From an uncultured delta proteobacterium (GTDB taxonomy: Bacteria > Myxococcota > Myxococcia > Myxococcales > Anaeromyxobacteraceae), in the NCBI GenBank assembly GCA_963845515.1, contig CAWJSR010000057.1:96001-160000 (forward strand): DNA of 64,000 bases. Reading direction: 5' to 3'. The notes beneath the pieces are model-generated. The model did not search any database. It was not told the origin of the DNA and saw nothing but the letters and a program-made list of their open reading frames with translations. Of the stretch, positions 1-19,072 are shown one piece after another. Positions within the stretch are counted from its first letter, which is position 1. Every line of letters begins with the position of its first letter. The position numbers were made by a program, and so were the translations under genes.

Positions 1-1
1 T

Positions 2-871
2 CGGTCCGTCGTCGCGGCCGACCCCCTCGGCTACTACGGCCTGCTCGCCTGCGGACGGCTGCGGGCGAAGGGCGTCGCATGTGAGCCGCCCCCGCTGGGC
101 GACGGCCCTCCCTTCCCGGAGCTCGAGGACCAGCCGGACGCAGCACGCCTGCGCCAGGCCGCTGCGCTGGCCGCGGCCGGCCTACGCGACGAAGCCATGG
201 AGGAGCTGAGAGCCATCGCCAGCTCACGCGGCGGCAGACGCGCCGCCCCGCTCGTCGCCGAGCTCGCGGCGTTCCTCGGCGACACCCTGCTCCCCTTCCG
301 GCTCTCGCGCGACCAGCTCGGGCTGTCGCGCCGCACCCTGGACTGGAGCTTCCCCGACGTCTGGCCAGCCATCGTGCACCCCGCCGCGCGCGCCGCCGGT
401 GTGGACCCGACGCTGCTCCGCGCGGTGATGCGCCGGGAGTCGGGGTTCCGGCGGGACGCCCGGAGCTCGGCTGGGGCCATCGGGCTGCTCCAGATCATCC
501 CTGGCACGGCCGCGCGGCTCGCCGCCCTGCTCCGGCTGCCGGAGCCCCTCGCGGACCGGCTCGAGGAGCCGGAGGTCAACGTCCCGCTGGGCGCCGGCTA
601 CCTCGGGCTGCTCCTCGAGCGCTTCGGCGAACCGCTGGTCGCGATCGCCGCCTACAACGCCGGCCCCGGCGCGGTCACCAGGTGGGGACAGGACCGGAAG
701 GCCCTCCCCCTGGACGCGTGGGTGGAGTCGATCCCCTACCGCGAGACGCGCCAGTACGTCAGGGCCGTGGTCGAGAACTGGGCCGGTGCGCGCGCCGCCG
801 CGGGGGAGCCCAGGCTGGAGATCGATCCGGGCCGGCTGGTGGGACCACCGGCCCCTGGCGTCATGTTCTAG
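2..871 (+). CDS. Lytic transglycosylase (SLT domain), 5'-truncated by the window edge
   Basis: Frame open from base 2 (..DPLGYYGLLA..). SLT motifs VMRRESGF, GAIGLLQI, AAYNAGPG and IPYRETRQYV. Confidence 0.9.
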   Translation, partial: RSVVAADPLGYYGLLACGRLRAKGVACEPPPLGDGPPFPELEDQPDAARLRQAAALAAAGLRDEAMEELRAIASSRGGRRAAPLVAELAAFLGDTLLPFRLSRDQLGLSRRTLDWSFPDVWPAIVHPAARAAGVDPTLLRAVMRRESGFRRDARSSAGAIGLLQIIPGTAARLAALLRLPEPLADRLEEPEVNVPLGAGYLGLLLERFGEPLVAIAAYNAGPGAVTRWGQDRKALPLDAWVESIPYRETRQYVRAVVENWAGARAAAGEPRLEIDPGRLVGPPAPGVMF

Positions 872-1736
872 CGTCGGCCTCTTCGCGGATCGCCTGCAGC
901 ACCGCGTCGCCGGTGTTGCGCAGGACCGATGACGTGACGCCGGGGATGCGCCCCAGCGCCTCCACGCCGTCCGGTCGGCGGACTGCGATCTCGAGCATCG
1001 CCTGCTCGCCGAGGACCTTGAAGGGCGGCCTCCCGAGCGCCTCCGCCCGCTGCTCCCGCGCGATCCAGAGCGCGCGGAGCAGGCGCCGCGCGCGATCGTC
1101 GAGCGCGCGCGCGCCCTTCAGCCGCTTCCATCCCTCGGGATCGAAGACACGCTCGTGGGGGCTCGCCGAGGCGATCCGCCTGAAGTCCTCACGGGCCGCC
1201 GCGGTGAGTCCCTTCGCCTCGAGCTCGGCGACCAGCACCTCCCGGAGGCGGAGGAGGTAGTGCGTGTCGAGCGCCGCGTAGGCCAGCTGATCGGCGGAGA
1301 GCGGGCGGCGCCCCCAGTCGGAGCGCTGGTGCGCCTTGGAGAGCCGTATGCCGAAGCGGGCCTCCACGAGCGCCGAGAGGCCGAGCCCCACCACCCCGAG
1401 CCGGCGGGACGCGACCATCGTGTCGAAGAGGTTGGGGAGCGCCCAGCCGAAGTCGCGCTTCAGGCACCTGACGTCGTAGTCAGCGCCGTGGAGCACCGTC
1501 TCGCGGCCGTCGCACAGCACCTCGCCGAGTGGCGCGACGCCCGTCGCCAGGGGATCGACGATCCAGTCCCGGCCGGGGACCGAGATCTGGATGAGGCAGA
1601 CGCGCTCCTTGTAGGCGTGGAAGCTGTTCGACTCGGTGTCGATCGCCACGACCGGCTCGGAGCGGAGCGCTCCGGCGAGCTCCTCGACGGCAGCGGCGTC
1701 CGCCACGAGCGCCGGCTTCAGCAGCGGCGGCGTCAT
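861..1736 (-). CDS. rnd: Ribonuclease D-like 3'-5' exonuclease with HRDC domain
   Basis: C-terminal part of ORF 861..2858 from ATG 1736. DEDD motifs AIDTE, HGADYD and YAALD, plus SDWGRRPL and an HRDC-like C-terminus. Confidence 0.88.
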   Translation of the reverse strand: MTPPLLKPALVADAAAVEELAGALRSEPVVAIDTESNSFHAYKERVCLIQISVPGRDWIVDPLATGVAPLGEVLCDGRETVLHGADYDVRCLKRDFGWALPNLFDTMVASRRLGVVGLGLSALVEARFGIRLSKAHQRSDWGRRPLSADQLAYAALDTHYLLRLREVLVAELEAKGLTAAAREDFRRIASASPHERVFDPEGWKRLKGARALDDRARRLLRALWIAREQRAEALGRPPFKVLGEQAMLEIAVRRPDGVEALGRIPGVTSSVLRNTGDAVLQAIREEADART

Positions 1737-2677
1737 CGGCGGGCTCCTTCCGCCCGGTCGGCGACCGCCACTGCGAGCCGGCCCGCGACCTCGGCGTTCC
1801 GCTCGAGCAGCGCCAGGTTGGCGTCGCGCGCCATTCCTCCGGTCGCCCTCGCCACCGCGTCCAGCAGGAACGGTGTCATCGCCTTGCCGCGAACGCCCCG
1901 CGCGCGAGCGTCTGCGAGCCCCGCCGCAACAGCCGCCTCCACGACCTCGCGCGCCACCGGCTTTGGCGGGGGGACGAGGAGCAGCACCCCCTCGCGCCGC
2001 CGCAGGAGGTTCCAGTGGAGCTCCAGGAGCGCCGCTGCCGCGCGCTCGTCGTCGACGCGATGTTCCAGCTGGATGCCGCTCGAGTCGGCGTAGAAGGCCG
2101 GCAGCTCCAGGGTGCCGAAGCCGACCATCGGGATCCCGCGCGTCTCCAGCGCCTCCGCCGTCGCGGCGAGATCCAGGATCGCCTTCGCGCCGGAGGAGAC
2201 GACGCAGACCGGCTGCCTGGCCAGCTCGTCCAGGTCGCCCGAGACGTCGCCGGCCGGAGAGGCGGGCTCGTCCGGCAGCGCGCGATGAACGCCCCCGATC
2301 CCGCCGGTGGCGACGACCCTGATCCCGAGCAGGGCGGCGACCGCAACCGTCGCCGACACGGTGGTGCCGGCGTCCCTGCGCGCCACGACCAGGGCCGCGA
2401 GGTCGCGCGCCTGGGCCTTGGCCGGCCGCGCCGTCGGCGCCGCCAGCCGCTCCAGCTCGGCCTCCTCGAGCCCCACCACGATCTGCCCGCCCAGGACGCC
2501 CACGATCGCCGGGACCGCCCCTGCGGCGCGAACACGACCCGCGCAGCGCCGCACCGCCTCCAGGTTGTACGGGCTGGGCAGCCCGTGCGCGACCACGCTC
2601 GTCTCGAGCGCGACCAGCGGCCGCCCCGACCCCAACGCATCCCTCACCTCGCCCGAGAACCGCATCGCTTCTTCCAT
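1733..2677 (-). CDS. psuG: Pseudouridine-5'-phosphate glycosidase
   Basis: [36 protein letters not shown] and GKAMTPFLL motifs. Confidence 0.92.
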   Translation of the reverse strand: MEEAMRFSGEVRDALGSGRPLVALETSVVAHGLPSPYNLEAVRRCAGRVRAAGAVPAIVGVLGGQIVVGLEEAELERLAAPTARPAKAQARDLAALVVARRDAGTTVSATVAVAALLGIRVVATGGIGGVHRALPDEPASPAGDVSGDLDELARQPVCVVSSGAKAILDLAATAEALETRGIPMVGFGTLELPAFYADSSGIQLEHRVDDERAAAALLELHWNLLRRREGVLLLVPPPKPVAREVVEAAVAAGLADARARGVRGKAMTPFLLDAVARATGGMARDANLALLERNAEVAGRLAVAVADRAEGARR

Positions 2678-2772
2678 GGGGTGGGAATGTAGCGCGCGAC
2701 CGGCGCGGCGTCCCGTGTCGGTGAACCGCGCCTTGTCGCGCCCGGGCGTGGAGCGGTACGCTCCCCTCTCCG

Positions 2773-3252
2773 ATGGCCAGACCAAGCCTCCCAGCCGACC
2801 CCGCAGCCGCCGCCCAGAGGGTCAAGGACATCGCGCGCGACCTGGCCTCGGACGTCACCGAGGGCTACCGGAGGTCCAACAAGTTCTTGCGCCTCCGCGC
2901 GGCCATCGTCGGCAGCTGGGTGCTGCTCGCCCTGCTGTCGCTCTACACGGCCTGCCCTTCCTCCGGGCCGTCGAACGAGCTCGAGGCGGACGTCACGCTC
3001 CTGCCAGAGACCCTGGTCGGACAGCAGCTGAGCGTCTCGAACGGCTCCCCCGAGATGTGGACGGACGTGACCCTGACGCTCGACGGTGCCTGGACCCACC
3101 AGGTGAAGACCGTGCGCGCGGGCCAGAACATAGTCGTGGCCGTCACCAGCTTCTCGCGGGACGGCAAGCCGGCCCCGTCGGACCTCAAGCCGAAGGCCGT
3201 CGAGATCGACTGCGACCAGGGCTCGGCCGACCTCTCCCTCGTGCGGCGGTGA
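2773..3252 (+). CDS. Hypothetical single-pass membrane protein
   Basis: ATG ORF with normal composition and one hydrophobic segment ([19 protein letters not shown]). Confidence 0.7.
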   Translation: MARPSLPADPAAAAQRVKDIARDLASDVTEGYRRSNKFLRLRAAIVGSWVLLALLSLYTACPSSGPSNELEADVTLLPETLVGQQLSVSNGSPEMWTDVTLTLDGAWTHQVKTVRAGQNIVVAVTSFSRDGKPAPSDLKPKAVEIDCDQGSADLSLVRR

Positions 3253-3253
3253 C

Positions 3254-3631
3254 GTGATGCTTCCCGACGCGGCGAACGGCCCAGCGATCCTCCTCGTCGA
3301 CGACGACGCCGAGATCTGCCAGTTCCTGTCCACGCTCCTGGAGCTGGAGGGGTTCGCGCCGCGGATCGCCACCCGCCCTGAGAGCGCCATGGACATGCTG
3401 CCGGGTGCGGAGGCGATCCTCATCGACCTCGCCATGCCCGACGTGGACGGCTTCGAGCTCTGCCGCCGCATCCGGGCGACCGGCTTCTCGAAGCCGATCA
3501 TGATCGTCTCCGCACGCCCCGGCGCCGACCTCCCGGCGAAGGCGGTGGCCGCCGGGGCCGACGAGTTCGTCCGGAAGCCGTTCGACAACGCGGATCTGGT
3601 CGCGCGCGTCCGGCGTCACGTCGAGCGCTGA
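3254..3631 (+). CDS. Single-domain response regulator (receiver)
   Basis: ILLVDDD, phospho-acceptor DLAMP, VSA and KPF motifs. Confidence 0.9.
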   Translation: MMLPDAANGPAILLVDDDAEICQFLSTLLELEGFAPRIATRPESAMDMLPGAEAILIDLAMPDVDGFELCRRIRATGFSKPIMIVSARPGADLPAKAVAAGADEFVRKPFDNADLVARVRRHVER

Positions 3632-4089
3632 GCGCCGGCGGCGACCGGCCGGTCGTCCTGCTCCGCCTCGGCCGCCGCGTCCGCGCGGCGCCGCCGCTCC
3701 GCCTCCCACAGCTCCCGGTGGCGGCTCACCGCCTCGAGCTGCTGCTCCGCGCTGGCGAGCGACGCGCGCCTCACGTCCTCGTGTGCCGCCGCCCGCTCGG
3801 ACTCCTCGTGCGTCGCCGCGGCCTCCGCAGCGCACCGCCGCTCCTCCAGGCGCAGCCTGGCGATCCATCGTCCGGCCGCTGCCACCTCCGAGCCGGGGCC
3901 CCCCTGAGCCCCCTCTTCCGCCGTGCGCCGCCTGCCTGTGGCGGCGGAGAGCGCGCGTCGCGCCTCGTCCGCCAGGGCGCGCAGCCGGCTCCCCTCCGAC
4001 GCGGCCCGACCAAGCTGCGCGCGCGCCTCGTCGACGAGGCGGCGCCTCATGGTCTCCAGCGCAGCGAGTGGATAGCGGCCCACGGCCAT
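3616..4089 (-). CDS. FliJ/SctO-like coiled-coil export protein
   Basis: MAVGRYPLAALETMRRR.. is an Ala/Glu/Arg coiled coil ending ..EAEQDD, directly downstream of the FliI/SctN ATPase. Confidence 0.7.
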   Translation of the reverse strand: MAVGRYPLAALETMRRRLVDEARAQLGRAASEGSRLRALADEARRALSAATGRRRTAEEGAQGGPGSEVAAAGRWIARLRLEERRCAAEAAATHEESERAAAHEDVRRASLASAEQQLEAVSRHRELWEAERRRRADAAAEAEQDDRPVAAGAQRST

Positions 4090-5408
4090 CACGCCACCAG
4101 GGACCGGAGCCTGGCGACGACCTCCTCGAGCCCGTTCGCCCCGCTCACGTCCTCCTGCACCTGCCGCAGGAAGGCCTCGATGGCCGGCATGCGCGCGATG
4201 GCGGCGTCGGTGTCGGCGTCCGACCCGGCGCGATAGGCGCCGATGGCGATCAGGTCGCGCTGGCGCTCCCAGGCGGCGAGCAGCTCGCGCAGTCGCGCGG
4301 CGGCCGCGCGATGCTCGGCCCCGGTCACCGCGGGCATGACGCGGGAGACGCTCTGCAGCGGGTCGATCGCCGGAAAGCGCCCGGCCGCGGCGAGCCGCCG
4401 ATCCAGGACCACGTGTCCGTCGAGGATCCCGCGGACCTCGTCGGCGATGGGCTCCTCCATGTCGCCGCCCGCGACCAGGACGGTGTAGATGGCGGTGATC
4501 GATCCCCTCTCGTGCATGCCGGCCCGCTCCAGGAGGCGTGGGAGGGCCTGGAAGACGCTGGAGGGGTAGCCCTGACGCGCCGGCGGCTCCCCCGCCGCGA
4601 GGCCGACCTCGCGCCGCGCGCGGGCGTAGCGGGTCACGCTGTCGACGAGGAGGAGCACGCTCGCCCCCTTCGAGGCGAACCACTCCGCGATCGCGGTCGC
4701 GGAGTGAGCCGCTTTGAGCCTCAGCAGCGCAGGGGCGTCGCTCGTCGCCGCGACGACGACGCTCTTCGCGAGCCCTTCGGGCCCGAGGCACTGGTCGACG
4801 AACTCACCGACCTCGCGCCCGCGCTCTCCGACGAGCCCCACCACCGCGACGTCACAGCGGGCCCTGCGCGCGATCTGCCCGAGCAGCGTCGACTTCCCGA
4901 CGCCCGACCCGGCGAAGAGGCCGACTCGCTGCCCCTCGCCGACGGTCAGCAGCCCGTCCAGCGCGCGGATTCCGAGCGGCAGCGGCTGCGAGATGCGCCG
5001 GCGCCGCAGGGGCGACGGCGAGGGAGCATCGACGGGCCACTCCTCCAACCCGGACGGGAGGGGCCGGCCGTCGATCGGCTGCCCGAGGCCGTCCAGGATC
5101 CGACCGCGCAGCCCCTCCCCGGCGCGAAGCGTGAGGGGTCGGCCCAGCGCGAGGACGTCCGCGTCGAGCCCGATCCCAGCAGGCTCGCCGAGAGGCAGGA
5201 GGATGGCGCGACCATCACGGATCCCTACGACCTCCGCGAGGAGCGCCGCGCCACCCTGGCGGCGGATCTCGACCACCTCTCCGTGCCGAACCGTTGGCGA
5301 CACCGCCTCGACGACGAGCCCGGTGACCGCGGTGACGCGTCCCCGCAGCGGCAGCGGGTCGGTGGCGGCTATCGCCGAGCGCAGGGATGCGCGGGTGCGG
5401 GTCATCAC
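4089..5408 (-). CDS. FliI/SctN type III export ATPase
   Basis: GEGQRVGLFAGSGVGKSTLL (Walker A), GERGREV, LLLVDSVTRYA, GYPSSVF and DGHVVLDR. Confidence 0.93.
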   Translation of the reverse strand: MMTRTRASLRSAIAATDPLPLRGRVTAVTGLVVEAVSPTVRHGEVVEIRRQGGAALLAEVVGIRDGRAILLPLGEPAGIGLDADVLALGRPLTLRAGEGLRGRILDGLGQPIDGRPLPSGLEEWPVDAPSPSPLRRRRISQPLPLGIRALDGLLTVGEGQRVGLFAGSGVGKSTLLGQIARRARCDVAVVGLVGERGREVGEFVDQCLGPEGLAKSVVVAATSDAPALLRLKAAHSATAIAEWFASKGASVLLLVDSVTRYARARREVGLAAGEPPARQGYPSSVFQALPRLLERAGMHERGSITAIYTVLVAGGDMEEPIADEVRGILDGHVVLDRRLAAAGRFPAIDPLQSVSRVMPAVTGAEHRAAAARLRELLAAWERQRDLIAIGAYRAGSDADTDAAIARMPAIEAFLRQVQEDVSGANGLEEVVARLRSLVA

Positions 5409-6028
5409 CCCTCGGCCTCGAGCGCCCTCCGGAAGGCGTCCAGCTGCGCTCCGATGCGAGCGTCGACACGGCCGCCCGTGGACTCGACGATTACCTCGCC
5501 GGCCTGGAGCGTGGGGTCGTCGGCCACCGCCAGCGAGCCGCGCTCGACGAGCTGCGCCAGCGCTCCGCTGGCCTCTCGCACGGACGCGAGGTCCGTCGGT
5601 GCCACCCGCAGGACGATGTCTCCACAGCCTGCCGCGGCCCGGAGCGCCCTCCTCGCGACCCCCAGGACGGCCTCCGCGCTCGTCGAGAGCTCGCGGTCGA
5701 CCAGGCGACTGGCGATCCCGAGCGCAACCTCCACCACCGCCCCATCCAGCTCCGCGAGCCTGGCGTCCCGGACTTCCGCGGCCAGCGCCAACGCGGCGGC
5801 GGCGCGCGCCATCCCCTCGGCGTGCCCCTCCTGGGACCCTGCGAGCCGTGCCCGGCCCACCTCGTCCGATGCTGCGGAGCGCACCCGCACCGCCTCCGCC
5901 TCGGCGGCAGCGACGATCTCGCTCGCGCGCTGCCTCGCCGCGGCGACGAGCTCGTCCCCGCTAGCCCGGGACGATCCGGCCTCCATCATGGAGCCCTTCT
6001 TGAGCACGCGTGGCCTGGCGCCGTCCAT
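5405..6028 (-). CDS. FliH/SctL stator-like protein
   Basis: AxxxG(xxxG) pattern (ARLAGSQEGHAEG) and C-terminal DPTLQAGEVIVESTGGRVDA. Located upstream of the ATPase. Start could be 5988. Confidence 0.82.
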   Translation of the reverse strand: MDGARPRVLKKGSMMEAGSSRASGDELVAAARQRASEIVAAAEAEAVRVRSAASDEVGRARLAGSQEGHAEGMARAAAALALAAEVRDARLAELDGAVVEVALGIASRLVDRELSTSAEAVLGVARRALRAAAGCGDIVLRVAPTDLASVREASGALAQLVERGSLAVADDPTLQAGEVIVESTGGRVDARIGAQLDAFRRALEAEG

Positions 6029-6097
6029 CGCGGCGCATCATACTCTCCGTCCGTGCCGGCGGGCGCACATTCTCACGGCGGGTGCGCCCACGGACGA

Positions 6098-6125
6098 AGG
6101 GCCCGGCGCTCGCGCACCAGGCCCT
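6098..6125 (-). terminator. GC-rich hairpin after the sigma factor gene
   Basis: AGGGCCTGGTGC-GCGA-GCGCCGGGCCCT on the minus strand; weak U-tail. Confidence 0.4.
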
Positions 6126-6160
6126 CCTTGGGAAATCCTTCGTCGAGAGCGGCGCTGGAC

Positions 6161-6887
6161 CTATGCGGCGTCCTGCTCGCCCGGCTCCAGGTAGTGAGCG
6201 AGGAACTGCTTGGTCCTGAGCTCGACCTGGCGAACGCGCTCGCGGGAGACCCCCCAGCGCTTCCCGATCTCCTCCAGCGTCCTGCGGCTGATCCTGCTGG
6301 AGCCGGTTGTGGATGATGTCCCAGCCCAGCTCGCCGACCCGCTTGCGGATCCGGCCCAGGGACTCCCGGACCTCTCCATCCGCCTCCACTGCAAGGTAGG
6401 TGTCCTCAGGGCCCGGACCGTCGTCCTCGATGCGCTCGAGGTGGGTCGTCTCGTTCTCCTCGTCCACCGAGCTGTCCAGCGAGAGATCGGCCTGGGCGAC
6501 CGTCCCGCTCTGTGGGCGAACGCTGCTCCTCGCCTCCTTGAGGTACTTGCCGACGTAGGCGCGGATCCACCAGACCGCGTACGTGGAGAAGCGGGTGCCA
6601 GCGTCCGGATCGAACTTCTCGGCGGCTCGCATCAGCCCCACGTTCCCCTCCTGGATGACGTCGTCCAGGCGGACCGCTCCGCGCCGCTGCTTGCGCGCGA
6701 TGGCGACGACGAAGGCGAGGTTGTGGCGCACCAGCTGCTGCCGGGCGTTGACGTCTCCGCTGCGGGCCCTGACGGCGAGGACGTGCTCCTCCTCACGGGT
6801 GAGCGGAGGGTACTCGCGGATGGTGTCGAGGTACGGAGCCAGGTCCTCGAACTCCCCTCCGCCGCGGCGTGCCGTTGCAGTCTTCAT
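6161..6887 (-). CDS. Sigma-70 family (RpoD/RpoH-like) sigma factor with a +1 frameshift near 6285
   Basis: Region 1.2 (YLDTIREYPPLTREEE) and region 2 (DVIQEGNVGLMRAAEKFDP, RFSTYAVWWIR) lie in one frame. Region 4 (TLEEIGKRWGVSRERVRQVE) lies in the adjacent frame. Removing one base gives 241 aa. Confidence 0.85.
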
Positions 6888-7071
6888 TGTCGACTCCTGG
6901 AAAGCTGAACTGCGTCCGTCTGCCCTATGCGTCCCTTTGCCGCGGTCAACGTTACGTAACGGCACATTAGTAACGGGGACCGACAAAGTCAATGACCCCC
7001 AGGTGGGTCGTATACGTGGGCGCCGGTGCCGGAAGCACCCCCTGTCTTATCGGATGCTTGCGGCGCTAATG

Positions 7072-7106
7072 AGCGGGCCCGGCTCCTGTGAGGAACCGGG
7101 CCCGCT
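7072..7106 (-). terminator. Putative terminator hairpin after rpoC
   Basis: Long inverted repeat agcgggcccgg..ccgggcccgct just downstream of the rpoC stop. Confidence 0.6.
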
Positions 7107-7133
7107 GGTGCGACAAGTGGGTCTAGAGCCGAC

Positions 7134-11321
<4,188 letters not shown>

Positions 11322-11369
11322 GGGCACTCCCTGGCAAAAATCCGATGACGTACGGGCGCTGGGCGCAAG

Positions 11370-15632
<4,263 letters not shown>

Positions 15633-15838
15633 CGCGATCGGTCCTCTTTCCTCGATTACCGCTTGAAACGGGTCGAGCCGGCGAACGGCCGGCCGACGCT
15701 GCGACTATCGCCGGCAAGCATTCGCCGACGACTTTCGGACCCGTACGCCCCAAAGCCTACCGGGGCCCAACGCGTATCCGTCTTTTCACAGCGGGTGCGG
15801 CGGAGCGGGCACCAGCCCGCTCCGCCGACCCGGAGTCA

Positions 15839-16213
15839 CTACTTGATCTCGACCTTGGCGCCAGCGGCCTCGAGCTTCTTCTTGAGCTCGTCCGCCTCGG
15901 CCTTCGGGATGCCCGCCTTGACCTCCTTGGGGGCTCCCTCGACCAGGTCCTTGGCCTCCTTGAGGCCGAGGCCCGTGATCGCGCGGACCTCCTTGATGAC
16001 GTTGATCTTGTTGGCGCCAGCGTCGGCGAGGACGACCGTGAACTCGGTCTTCTCCTCGACGGCGGCGGCAGCCGCTCCACCCGCAGCGGCCATCATCACC
16101 GGCGCGGCGGCTGCGCTGACGCCCCACTTCTCCTCGAGCTGCTTGACCAGCCCAGCGGCCTCCATGACGGTGAGGCCCGAGAGCTGCTCCACGATGGCAT
16201 TGAGATCGGCCAT
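15839..16213 (-). CDS. rplL: 50S ribosomal protein L7/L12
   Basis: [30 protein letters not shown]. Confidence 0.99.
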   Translation of the reverse strand: MADLNAIVEQLSGLTVMEAAGLVKQLEEKWGVSAAAAPVMMAAAGGAAAAAVEEKTEFTVVLADAGANKINVIKEVRAITGLGLKEAKDLVEGAPKEVKAGIPKAEADELKKKLEAAGAKVEIK

Positions 16214-16303
16214 TTCCTTCTTCCTTGTCTCTTATTCGGGCGACGTCTCCGCCGCCTCAAGCGTTGAGGCTCCGCCAAAAGGCGCAGCCGGGTTTACGTA
16301 CCG

Positions 16304-16828
16304 TTACTGAGCCTTCTCGAGTTGGTCCCGTCGAGCCGCGATCACGCGGGCCAGCTGCAGGCCCGGTGCCGCGATGACCCTGGCGAGCATCGTGGCCGGC
16401 TGCGCGATCACTGCCGCGATCTGGCCACGGAGCTCCAGGAGGCCCGGCATCTTCGCGAGGGCCTGAATGCCCTTCGCGTCGACGACGTTCCCCTCGACCA
16501 CCGCTGTGCGAATGGAGAAGGTCGCGCGGTCCTTCATGAAGTCCGCGAGGACCTTCGCCGGAGCGATGACATCGTCGTACGACATGACGATGGCGGTAGG
16601 GCCGACGAACCTGTCGGCCACCTTCTCGACCGGCGTGCCCTTGGCGGCGCGCGCGGCCAGGGTGTTCTTGATGACGCGATACTCGACCTTCGAGTCCCGG
16701 AGCTTCTTCCGGAGATCGTTGACCGTCGCGACGTCGAGACCCCTTGGCTCAGCGACGATGGCGATCTTGACCCTCGCCATCTTGTCGTGAAGCTCGGAGA
16801 TTACCCGTTCTTTTTCCGTCCGATTCAA
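16304..16828 (-). CDS. rplJ: 50S ribosomal protein L10
   Basis: LRKKLR..VIKNTLA..GPTAI, located between rplA and rplL. TTG start inferred. Confidence 0.95.
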   Translation of the reverse strand: MNRTEKERVISELHDKMARVKIAIVAEPRGLDVATVNDLRKKLRDSKVEYRVIKNTLAARAAKGTPVEKVADRFVGPTAIVMSYDDVIAPAKVLADFMKDRATFSIRTAVVEGNVVDAKGIQALAKMPGLLELRGQIAAVIAQPATMLARVIAAPGLQLARVIAARRDQLEKAQ

Positions 16829-16959
16829 GTGAGTTCTCACCACCTTCCCGACCGCCGGCGCCTTCGCGCCGGCTGGCTTCGTTTGGGCCTCGAACCGAGC
16901 CGGACGGCCGGTACGAAAACCCCCTGGCCAAGCAGGGGACGCTGCAACTCTTACGCGTT

Positions 16960-17056
16960 CCCGTCTCGGCGGGCTGGGACGACCTCGTCCCGCTTCGCCA
17001 GCCGCGCCCTACGACCTCTCGCACCCGGGCGCTGCCAGACCCGCTGTCTTGGACCA
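16960..17056 (-). promoter_or_regulatory. L10 leader (rplJ autoregulatory RNA)
   Basis: In the rplA-rplJ gap the minus strand reads CCAAGACAGCGGG...CCCGCCGAG, the paired motif typical of L10 leaders. Boundaries are approximate. Confidence 0.65.
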
Positions 17057-17105
17057 GAAACCCCCGCCGGGACATTCCGGCGGGGAACTTCGAAAGCTCC
17101 CGCGA

Positions 17106-17807
17106 CTACTCGTGCTGCGAGCTGAGCTCGGCGAGATCGACCTTGATCCCGGGCCCCATCGTGCAGGAGACCGTCACGTTCTTGACGTAGACGCCCTTCG
17201 CCGTCTGCGGCTTCGCCTTGAAGATGAGCTCCATGATGACGCCGAAGTTGTCCTTGAGCTTCTGCGGATCGAAGGAGGCCTTGCCGAAGGGGACGTGGAC
17301 GATCCCGGCCTTCTCGACGCGGAACTCCACCTTGCCGGCCTTCTGCTCCTTGACGGCCTTCGCGACGTCCATGGTGACGGTTCCGACCTTCGGGTTCGGC
17401 ATCAGGCCGCGGGGCCCGAGCACCTTGCCGAGGCGGCCGACGACGCCCATCATGTCGGGCGCCGCGATCACCTTGTCGAAGTCCATGAAGCCGCCCTGGA
17501 TCTTCTCGGCCAGGTCCTCGGCGCCGACGATGTCGGCTCCGGCCTCCTGGGCCTCGCGGGCCTTGTCGCCCTTGGCGAAGACGGCGACCTTCACGGCCTT
17601 GCCCATCCCGTGCGGAAGCACGACGGCGCCGCGGACGACCTGGTCGGCGTGCTTGGGGTCGACGCCGAGGTTGATGGCGGCGTCCACCGTCTCGTCGAAC
17701 TTCTTGGTCGCGGTCTCCTTGATGAGCTTGAACGCGTCGTCGAGCTTGTACCGCTTGTTGCGATCGACCTTCGAAGAGGCCGCCTTGAACTTCTTTCCGA
17801 TAGTCAT
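17106..17807 (-). CDS. rplA: 50S ribosomal protein L1
   Basis: [21 protein letters not shown] and [15 protein letters not shown]. Confidence 0.99.
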   Translation of the reverse strand: MTIGKKFKAASSKVDRNKRYKLDDAFKLIKETATKKFDETVDAAINLGVDPKHADQVVRGAVVLPHGMGKAVKVAVFAKGDKAREAQEAGADIVGAEDLAEKIQGGFMDFDKVIAAPDMMGVVGRLGKVLGPRGLMPNPKVGTVTMDVAKAVKEQKAGKVEFRVEKAGIVHVPFGKASFDPQKLKDNFGVIMELIFKAKPQTAKGVYVKNVTVSCTMGPGIKVDLAELSSQHE

Positions 17808-17826
17808 GTCTTTATCCTCTTCGCGG

Positions 17827-18273
17827 TCAGCCGACGATCTCGATGCCCATGGACCTGGCGGTGCCGGCGATGGTCTTCATCGCGGCATCGACGCTGCCCG
17901 CCGTCATGTCGGTCATCTTGAGCTTCGCGATCTCCTCGAGCTGCTTCTGCGTGATCTGGCCGACCTTCTCCTTGCCCGGCTTGTGGGCGCCCGAGCCCTT
18001 CTTCTTCTCGGTGTGGAGCTTGGCGGCCTTCTTCAGGAGGATCGACGCCGGCGGCGTCTTGAGGATGAAGGTGAAGGAGCGGTCCTGATAAACCGTGATG
18101 ATGCACGGGATGATCAGGGCCTCCTTGGCCTGTGCCTGCGTGGCAGCGTTGAACTGCTTGCAGAACTCCATGATGTTGACGCCGTGCTGGCCGAGCGCCG
18201 GGCCCACGGGGGGCGCGGGGTTGGCCTTCCCGGCGGGGAGCTGCAGCTTGATCTGACCGGTGATCTTCTTCAT
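17827..18273 (-). CDS. rplK: 50S ribosomal protein L11
   Basis: [31 protein letters not shown]. Confidence 0.99.
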   Translation of the reverse strand: MKKITGQIKLQLPAGKANPAPPVGPALGQHGVNIMEFCKQFNAATQAQAKEALIIPCIITVYQDRSFTFILKTPPASILLKKAAKLHTEKKKGSGAHKPGKEKVGQITQKQLEEIAKLKMTDMTAGSVDAAMKTIAGTARSMGIEIVG

Positions 18274-18419
18274 GACTTCCTTCCGGGCCGCGTGTCCTGG
18301 CCCTGCGTGGTTCCAACGAGCCCTCGGCTCTTCCACGCTTCCGTTCACTGCTCACCGCGGTCGCTACGACTGGAACCTCTGCGACCCCGGTCCTGTTCCG
18401 CCGGCTGAAGCCGGCGGTG

Positions 18420-18959
18420 CTAGGTCTTCTCCACCTGCATGAAATCGAGCTCGACGGGCGTCGCGCGGCCGAAGATCGAGACGAGGACGCGGACCTTGCC
18501 CTTGTCCGGCTTGACCTCCTCGACCGTGCCGTTGAAGTTCGAGAACGGGCCGTCCACGACGCGGACCTGATCGCCCTCCTCGAACTGCACCTTGGGCTTC
18601 GGCTTGAGCGAGCCCTCGGAGATCTGGGTCGTGAGCCGCTGCACCTCGGCGTCGGTGATCGACGGGACGTCCCGGGGGTTCTTGGCGCTGCCGACGAAGC
18701 CAGTCACCTTGGGCGTACCCTTGACCAGGTGCCAGGTCGAGTCGGTCATCTCCATGTTGACCAGGATGTAGCCGGGGAAGAACTTCCGCTTCGAAGTCTT
18801 CTTCTCCCCCTTGACCATCTCCTGCACGACCTCCATCGGGATGAGAGTCTCGCCGAAGAAGTCCTGGAGCGCCTCCTGGCGGATGCGCTCCTCGAGGGAC
18901 TTCTTCACCTTGTTCTCGAAGCCCGAGTAGGTGTGGACGACGTACCACTTCTTCGCCAT
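18420..18959 (-). CDS. nusG: Transcription termination/antitermination factor NusG
   Basis: [18 protein letters not shown] and KOW domain, ending [12 protein letters not shown]. Confidence 0.99.
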   Translation of the reverse strand: MAKKWYVVHTYSGFENKVKKSLEERIRQEALQDFFGETLIPMEVVQEMVKGEKKTSKRKFFPGYILVNMEMTDSTWHLVKGTPKVTGFVGSAKNPRDVPSITDAEVQRLTTQISEGSLKPKPKVQFEEGDQVRVVDGPFSNFNGTVEEVKPDKGKVRVLVSIFGRATPVELDFMQVEKT

Positions 18960-19072
18960 GCCAATCTCCAGTTCCGCCGCCGTCCCACCCTGCCCGGCCC
19001 GTTCCTCACAACGCCGAAGGAGCCGAATGGGCGGCCCCCACCGCCCCGGCTCCCTCTGCCTCGCCGCCAGCC

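Noticed and set aside
6280..6290. Programmed frameshift in the sigma factor
   Set aside because: No slippery heptamer or stimulatory structure seen; a similar extra base occurs in the Hsp70 gene, which favours sequencing error.
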